Both the position numbers and the translations under genes were made by a program. DNA of 64,000 nucleotides from an uncultured Acidobacteriota bacterium. GTDB lineage: Bacteria; Acidobacteriota; UBA6911; RPQK01; JAPXNP01. Below, in pieces: positions 57,759 through 64,000 of this stretch. The notes beneath the pieces are model-generated. The model saw only the letters and a list, made by a program, of their open reading frames with translations. It ran no database searches and was not told where the DNA came from. Within the stretch, counting starts at the first letter, position 1; each line of letters starts with the position of its first letter. The stretch covers positions 268,962 through 332,961 of the forward strand of contig CAVZRV010000035.1 in the NCBI GenBank assembly GCA_963777605.1, given 5' to 3'.

Positions 57759-58414
57759 GGCGTGGCACAGGCGTCCCGCCTGTGACCATGCCGAAACCTG
57801 TGTCGTTGCGGTGCGATGTTCCATCTTCAACGTTTCACGTTCCTGGTTCCGGGTTTCGGGGGGTGCTTCGCGCCGTTCCGGGTTCCGGGTTCCAATCGAA
57901 CTTCGCACTTCGGTTTCCCTGTTCGCCGTCGTCATTCGATGTTCGCCCTTCCACGTTCCGGGTTCCGAGGTTTCGGGTTCCGGGTTCAACATTCCGGGTC
58001 CATCGTTCAGCGTTCTATATTCCACGTAAGATGGACAAGGTTTCAAGCCCCAAGTTCGTGGTCAGCCCCGCTTGCGGGGCGGAATGGAGTAGCCCAGGAT
58101 GGAGCCGAAGGCAAAATCCTGGGTGACCCGGTATGCTTCCATCCCAAGTCCCGCCCCGGCGGGACGACATGGTTTGGACCGGGAGACCGGAGAATGTCCC
58201 GATTCCCGCACACCGCGCTGGGTACCGTGCCGGGAACCCGGGGCCGCGGCTTCGCCTTACCCCCGGCTCTGTGTCCGGCACCAAACCGCGCCACCGCCGA
58301 AACTTCGAAACCCGAAACCCGAAACCTCGGAACCTCGGAACTCGGACCTCGAAACGGCGCGCTGCACCAGCCACGATCGTGCCATGGTCACAGGCGGGAC
58401 GCCTGTGCCACGCC
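57759..58414. repeat. REP doublet (32-bp perfect IR) enclosing heptamer arrays and two other REP-like elements; flanked by (GGGAATC)4 and (GAAACCA/GGAACCA)~11
   Basis: ggcgtggcacaggcgtcccgcctgtgaccatg at 57759-57790, inverted at 58383-58414; 58063-58172 resembles part of the 35.7/37.6/40.1 kb repeat. Confidence 0.88.
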
Positions 58415-58504
58415 ACGCACCTCGAAACCAGAAACCAGAAACCAGAAACCAGAAACCAGAAACCAGGAAAAACCAGGAACCAGGAACCAGGAACCAGGAA
58501 CCAC

Positions 58505-59608
58505 CTACCCGAAGTGCCGGTACAGCACGCTCCCGGCAAGCCGCAACAGCGGGAGCGGGCATCGCGACACGATCCGGCGGAGGGCGGGACTTCCCACCAG
58601 CCCCGGACCCCCGTCCGTCACGCAGCGATCCCGAAAGTAGACCAGTTCCCGCGGGCGTCCTCCCAGGCGCTCCTTGAACGTGGCCAGCCCCCGGTTGTCG
58701 AGGTCGCAGCGCCCCAGGTCGAAAACCCGCATCCCCTGCTCGCAGGCCGCCTCGATCGCCCGCCAGAAGAGGAGCGGCGTTCCGCCCAGCGCATTGAAGC
58801 GCTCGTCCGAGGCCCCGTACTTGTAGACCAGCCGGTCCCGGAAGGCCAGGGTGACGATCCCCGCCACCGGCCGCGAGCCGTGGTAAGCCACCCGGAACCG
58901 CACCGACTCGGGAAGGCACTCCGCCAGATTTCGAAACCAGGCGAAGGGCTGAGGAGGCACCCCCTGCCGCCGCCGGGTGAGTTGGTGCAGCCAGTAATAA
59001 TCATTAATAAGGGCGGCGTCTTTCGCGCCTTCGCGGTAAACGACCCCCTCCCGCTCCGCCCGCCGAACCTTCCTCCGGATGCAGTCCCGGTGCAACCCGT
59101 CCCAAACCGCCCCTGCTCCCACGCCGAGGTCGATCTCGTGGTAGAGAAACCGCGAGCACACCCGAAACCCAGACTCCGCCGGCCACGACGCCTCGTCGAA
59201 CGAAAGCGGCCGGAGCTCGGTGTAACGGTAACCCGCTCCCGGAAAAGATGAAGCCAGCGCCCGCAACAGTGCCGCCAACTCCTCCCCGGAACCGACCAGC
59301 GGATCGGCATGATCGGAAAACGGCAACCCCACCAACCGGCGTCCGGTCAGCCGGCTGGAGCAGCGGCAAAACACAATACCGCCCGAAATCGGCTCTTCCG
59401 AATCGGACGATGTAACCCCCACCGGTTCGAACCCATAGGTCCGAGACAGGGCCTCGAGCCATCCCCGGGAGTGAAACACGGTTCCCAGCGGATGGCTGTC
59501 GCCCTGTTCGCGCCAGGATGGATCGGTCAAGGGGTTGAATGTCCGCACCGAAAGGATTGCGGCATTCGGCACCCCCGTGGACGGCACCTCCTCGGTCCGG
59601 CCCTTCAT
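58505..59608 (-). CDS. FemAB-like GNAT family protein (Acetyltransf_6)
   Basis: VFHSRGWLEALSRTYG, LVGLPFSDHADPL, IRRKVRRAEREGV, LTRRRQGVPPQP, FDLGRCDLDNRGLATFKERLG. Confidence 0.85.
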   Translation of the reverse strand: MKGRTEEVPSTGVPNAAILSVRTFNPLTDPSWREQGDSHPLGTVFHSRGWLEALSRTYGFEPVGVTSSDSEEPISGGIVFCRCSSRLTGRRLVGLPFSDHADPLVGSGEELAALLRALASSFPGAGYRYTELRPLSFDEASWPAESGFRVCSRFLYHEIDLGVGAGAVWDGLHRDCIRRKVRRAEREGVVYREGAKDAALINDYYWLHQLTRRRQGVPPQPFAWFRNLAECLPESVRFRVAYHGSRPVAGIVTLAFRDRLVYKYGASDERFNALGGTPLLFWRAIEAACEQGMRVFDLGRCDLDNRGLATFKERLGGRPRELVYFRDRCVTDGGPGLVGSPALRRIVSRCPLPLLRLAGSVLYRHFG

Positions 59609-59621
59609 CGCCAGGCTCCAG

Positions 59622-59638
59622 TGTCGTCCATCCTTACA
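59622..59638. promoter_or_regulatory. Candidate PrsR enhancer palindrome
   Basis: TGTCGTCCATCCTTACA (reverse complement TGTAA-N7-CGACA). Confidence 0.5.
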
Positions 59639-59852
59639 CTTCTATTGCAGGTACTGGTTAGTCCACGACCCGTTGTGACAGTACGCCCAAACTGGAGCAA
59701 CCGGGGAGTCTCCTGGTCAGGTATTCCAACGGAATCCTTAACACACGGTCCCCACGGCTGCGTCTTCGAAAACTTCAGCCCCAATGGGCCACCAAACCGC
59801 AAACCCCTTATTGACAACAACTTGAAAATAGACGAGCAGTCCGTTGCGGCTC

Positions 59853-59868
59853 TGGCGCCATTATTGCC
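59853..59868 (+). promoter_or_regulatory. Sigma54 promoter of PEP-CTERM gene 4
   Basis: TGGCGCCATTATTGCC. Confidence 0.68.
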
Positions 59869-59946
59869 TACATTTATGTTGTGACTGATTTCTGGAAGTT
59901 TGAATTGAAATTGCATTCTATAGAACTAGCGAATCGAGAGGGTTAA

Positions 59947-60610
59947 ATGAGGAAATTCTTATTCTTAGCTTTAGCACTTGTATCGGTATTCGGTTTGGTT
60001 GGAAGTAAAGCCGTAGCTAATCCCGTGAACTCTGGGGATATCATTAAGGTATACGACGTCTCTCCTGGGACACTTGCAGGGGTCTATAAGATAGTCGACC
60101 TCACGAATGGTAACGTCCCTTACACATTTTGTTTGGAGCATAACGAGTATTTTGCAACAGGCGCTCAATTGAAGGTGGACGATGTAAGCGGTGACGTCAT
60201 CCAACGTGGAGGACTGGGTACGATTGCCCTCCCGACACCGTTGCCTGGCTTTTTGTTCAGTGGAGCCAGGGCACACTGACGGGCTACACCGGCGACAATC
60301 TTTCGCGCGGATGGCTTGCAGTCGGCAATCTGGAACCTGATGGGTTATGGAGCGATCGGGGGCGGCACGGTGAGCCAAAGCCCAGGACTTTCTTAATCTT
60401 GCCGCCGCTGCGTCGGCTGCGGACCTTGCGGCTGCACAGGCTAAAGTCAGTGTCATCAACCCGGTCTGGGACGCCGGCCGCGCTGATCCCTATGCCGACG
60501 GGACCCGGGCGCAAAGTTTTCTGCAGGTGGTTCCGGAACCTACCTCGCTGCTCCTGCTGGGCAGTGGGCTCCTGGGACTGGGATTCTTCGGACGGAAGCG
60601 GCGGTCCTGA
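59947..60610 (+). CDS. PEP-CTERM protein 4 with thioester-domain-like motifs (frameshifted)
   Basis: Signal peptide MRKFLFLALAL; TFCLEH; GLQSAIWN (~60313-60336); AQSFLQVVPEPTSLLLLGSGLLGLGFFGRKRRS-TGA. Confidence 0.85.
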
Positions 60611-60645
60611 CCCCGCGCTGAGTCGTTCACATTCGAATATCACGG

Positions 60646-60671
60646 AAAGGGCCGCCCATGCGGCCCTTTTT
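60646..60671. terminator. Bidirectional Rho-independent terminator
   Basis: aaagggccgc-ccat-gcggcccttttt between convergent genes. Confidence 0.75.
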
Positions 60672-60773
60672 CTTGCACTCTGACTCCATCAGGAACTGCG
60701 ATCATAAGCTGTGATTCCAGGCTCTCACCGGTCGATCGAGCCCCTTGCTGAACGCCGGGAATACCCTTCCGCT

Positions 60774-61859
60774 TTATCCATTCACCCATTCCAGGAGCTT
60801 GCGAAAGGGAGCGCGACTCAGCAGCGAGGCTCCGCCCGACTTCATGAATGCCCCCCAGCGCAGGACCGTACAGGCACCGTGGGCCGGAAGAGGAAGCAAG
60901 TGTTCCGCCGAAGCCGAGCTTGAAAAACCCGATTCCGTCAAGAGTGGGCGTGACGACTCCGCCTTCCCGGATGGCCCTGGCCGCCGCCTCGGGCAGCCAG
61001 ACAAAATCAAGCACGCTCAGCCCGCTTCTCCTGCCCCAGTTGATTACCTCCCACCAGAGCCGTTCCTTGGGATACAACTCCGGGAACCGGCCGTTCCAGC
61101 CGATCTTCCAACAGCGCAGGAGGCCTCCGAAGGCAAAGCTGAACATCGCAGCCACCGGCTCTCCACCGCGTTCGAGAAGGAAGAGCCCCGCCCAACCTCG
61201 GTGCCCCATCTGCAGCCACACCCTCTTGAAGAAATCGGGTTGGGGCGGAGTCGGACTAGAGTTGCGGCGGCGGCAGATCTCGAGCATCAGACGACGGAAG
61301 GTCTCCACATCTTCTTTGCCTCCCTCCCTGAATGTGAAGTCATTTCGCAGCGAACGCCGGATGTGCTTTCGCGTCGAAGACCGCATCGATGCGAGGATCT
61401 CCTCGGGACTCGGGCGCAGGTCCAGGAGCAGCGTGTTCTCGACCAGGCCCGTCGGCGGAACGCCCGGTATCGGCGGACTGAAGCCGAGGCTGTCCAGGTC
61501 CCCCGAAAGGTCCGGGCCAGGCAGAGGAGGCTGCACAACGAGGTAAGCCAGCCGATGCTCGCGAAAGAACTCCCGAATTCCGGCGGCCCCCGAAATAAGG
61601 GTCCGAGGGTGATCATCCCGGAGCACAGGCCCAAAAGGAGAGAGCCGACGCTGAAACCAACCCGGTGGCGGCGGACCAGCACCTGTCCTCCGGCCACAGC
61701 CATCCCGTCTCCACCAACCACCCAGCGCTCGGCCGACCATCCGTAAGCCTGCTTCACCTTTGCCCAGGCCACGGTCTGCTCGTGATGGGGGGTCTGCGAG
61801 TTCTCGACGAAGTGGCCCCAGTCACCGTCAGAGACCGATCGCAAGCGAATCGAATTCAA
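60774..61859 (-). CDS. FemAB/FemX-like peptidyl-/acyltransferase (frameshifted)
   Basis: WGHFV...HHEQTVAWAKVK, TLLLDLRPSPEEILASMRSSTRKHIRR, LWWEVINWG, GFFKLGFGG. Confidence 0.8.
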
Positions 61860-61874
61860 GGTTGGGTGGACTCC

Positions 61875-62895
61875 CTAATCAACGGAGTCACTTCGACCTG
61901 CGCCTGGCCTCGCCCGTTCCAATACTCTCCGGCCGCGAAGAAGACGAAAGTGGGGATCTTCTCCGAGAATTCTCAAAACCGTCTTCAGGTAAGCGATTCT
62001 TTCGAGAGCTGTGACCTCGGCCTCAATGCGCCGGTCGCGGTCCCGGCAAAGGCTGCCGCGCAGCAGGCGCAGGCGCCATTTCGCGAGATTGAAGCGACAG
62101 TGTAACCGTTGCGGCAACCGGATGCCTTCGGCATCGCGCGGCCTGGGGACTTGAACTTCGAAACGGCCGCAACCTCACTTCCGCCAACTCGGAACCCAGA
62201 ATCCGGGCCCGCCGTCGAACAACTCCGGCATCGAGTAACTCGGGTTGAACCCGGTGGCCGGCCACTGCGTCCGGAACCCAAAGTCCGCGCCGGCCGGCTT
62301 CGATCTGGTCGAGAAGAAAAGCCGGCTCGGTCAACCAGATGGGAGCGAACCTCTCCCCTCCGTCTACAGCAGCGGCCCGGAACCAGAAGTGGTTGCCACT
62401 GAAAAGGTTGTTCGGGGTCATCGGCCACTCCGCCGGCCCAGAGTCACTGACCGAGTAGACCCAGCCTCGTAGACGGCGGCTGCGCGCCCACCCGGGACAG
62501 GGCCGGTCCGGCCAGATCACGTGGGAGCGACCGGAGAAAAGATCGTGGCCGGGATTTCGGCCCGAAGCCCGAAGAACACCCTTGACCCAGCCCGAATCGG
62601 GGCTCATGTCGTCGTCCAGAACAGCAATCAACTCACCTCCGGGTCGCCATCCAAAGCGCGGTTCAGGGCGTGGGCCTTTCCGTAGCCCTCGCGATTCGGC
62701 TCAGAGAGCAGCCTGAGCGGGAACCTCGCCCGAAAGGAACCGACCATTTCCGCGGTACCGTCACGGCTGCCGTTGTCGACAACCATCACCTCGAACGCCC
62801 CAGGGGTCGGCGTCCTGCTGGTTGAGCAACCCCAGGGTTTCGGCCAGCGAGGCGGCCCGGTTGAACGTGGGAATCACTATGGTCAGCGGGATCAT
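61875..62895 (-). CDS. Glycosyltransferase family 2 (frameshifted)
   Basis: MIPLTIVIPTFNRAASL, EVMVVDNGSRD, ALNRAL, IAVLDDDM, FSGNHFWFR. Confidence 0.78.
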
Positions 62896-64000
62896 GGATC
62901 GCTTCCTGGCAGAGGCGGAGTTCGTAAATGATCCGGAGCAACGGCGAGTCCACACCTACGACCCTGCGGATCAACCAAACATCCGGTTGACAGAAAGTTT
63001 CTGCTTAGCAGTCGGCTCCCCGAGTACCCGGCAAACAGGAGACCTAGCATCGAGGATGGGAAATAGAGGTATGGAGTTGGAAGCCGCTGCGGGCTTCCTC
63101 CAAAGCCAAGGTGGGAAGAAATCTCTCGACTCCCGCAGGCTCCGCGAATTCGGCCCCTTCCTGGAGTGCCTTCGCGACAGGTGGTGTCATTCCCGCGAAA
63201 TCACAGTACTCAAAATCCTCCCGCGCCGATCGGGTCAGGACGTCCCAGCGGAGGAGATGGTTCGGACACTTTTCCGAGAATTGCCCGGACCAGCCCACCT
63301 TCCAGACGGTCACGGTCTTTCCGAACTTGAAACTCAACTGACCGGCGAGTCTCCTCCCCCTCCCAAACGGCAAAGGTCAACTCCAGTTGCCCCCGTGGAC
63401 CGAATCCATCCCACATCGCCTGGAGCGCTTCCACCGAACCAGGGTTCGGGCTGACCTGCTGGCGGCGGCAGGTTTCCTGCATGAGGTTGAAGAACTCGGG
63501 AAGATCATCCCGCCTGCCGAACTCGATCGTGACTCCTTCCCGCATCGCCCGGGGGATTGACGCCGTACCGGGGTCGATTTCCTGAGGCTTGCCTTGAGCG
63601 GCTCGGAATCCGCCGGCAGTTCGTTGACGAGAGTGTTCTCGATTACCCCCAGAAGGCCACTTGCCTTGTGGAACCCGTCCTCCTCAAGGTTTCGGGAAGC
63701 AAGGATTCCACGATCCGGGGCCTGCACGACGATTGCAGGAATAGCCTGCCTGCGCGTCAGAGCCTTCAAGGCTCCGACTACCGCGTCCTGGAGGCTCGGG
63801 TCCGAGATCACAGGGCCCTTACTCACGTATCCTATCTGCAGTAGTCCCTTCCATGGTCTTGTTAGCAGTTGGAAGCCACCGACAACGTCTTCGCCACGTG
63901 CAAAGACCACCCGGTAAGGACGCCATCCTCGGATCGACTTGACCCGGCTCCAGGCACTGGTCTGCTGGAACTGCCCCTCCGGGACGGAGGACAAAAATGT
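62892..64000 (-). CDS. FemAB/FemX-like protein, 5'-truncated by the window edge, frameshifted; paralog of 60774-61859; 3' end approximate
   Basis: GQFQQTSAWSRVK, IGYVSKGPV, VIENTL, ETCRRQQVSPNP, VWKVGWSG...PNHLLRW. Confidence 0.75.

Noticed and set aside
59900-59915. Alternative sigma54 site TTGAATTGAAATTGCA before PEP4
   Set aside because: It lacks the invariant GG at -24; the site at 59853-59868 fits better.
46000-64000. Exosortase (EpsH/XrtA) or PrsT gene expected with PEP-CTERM/prsKR
   Set aside because: No multi-TM ORF with exosortase Cys/Arg/His motifs and no TPR lipoprotein was found; they are presumably outside the window.

Overview
GC-rich bacterial DNA. An Acidobacteriota-like origin is an inference from gene content only. 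Many genes are broken by single-base frameshifts, most densely at both ends, which looks like long-read consensus error. The window is one large cell-surface/biofilm locus in four parts. (i) 1-8.5 kb, minus strand: a sugar kinase, two Wza-like export proteins, then an NRPS (A-T-C-A-T-C..., running off the left end). (ii) 8.7-13.5 kb, plus strand: two unrelated secreted carbohydrate-active proteins ending in the same 13-aa tail (PxxPRNLRVx[EQ][ED]N). (iii) 13.5-46 kb, minus strand: an exopolysaccharide operon with wzc, an acyltransferase, a B12 radical SAM enzyme, an O-antigen ligase/Wzy-like protein, about 11 GT2/GT4 enzymes, a GT-C, a priming sugar transferase, wzm/wzt, an ATP-grasp protein and wecE. 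(iv) 46-64 kb: four PEP-CTERM genes, prsR/prsK, three FemAB-like GNAT genes and a GT2. Main observations: three PEP-CTERM proteins carry Cys-Gln thioester-domain-like motifs. Sigma54 promoters plus a shared 17-bp palindrome link the EPS operon to the PEP-CTERM genes. The 35-58 kb region is saturated with 7-nt tandem repeats and REP/MITE elements, which bracket single EPS-modifying genes as long direct repeats and have invaded the prsK coding sequence twice. No rRNA, tRNA, CRISPR array or exosortase gene was seen.
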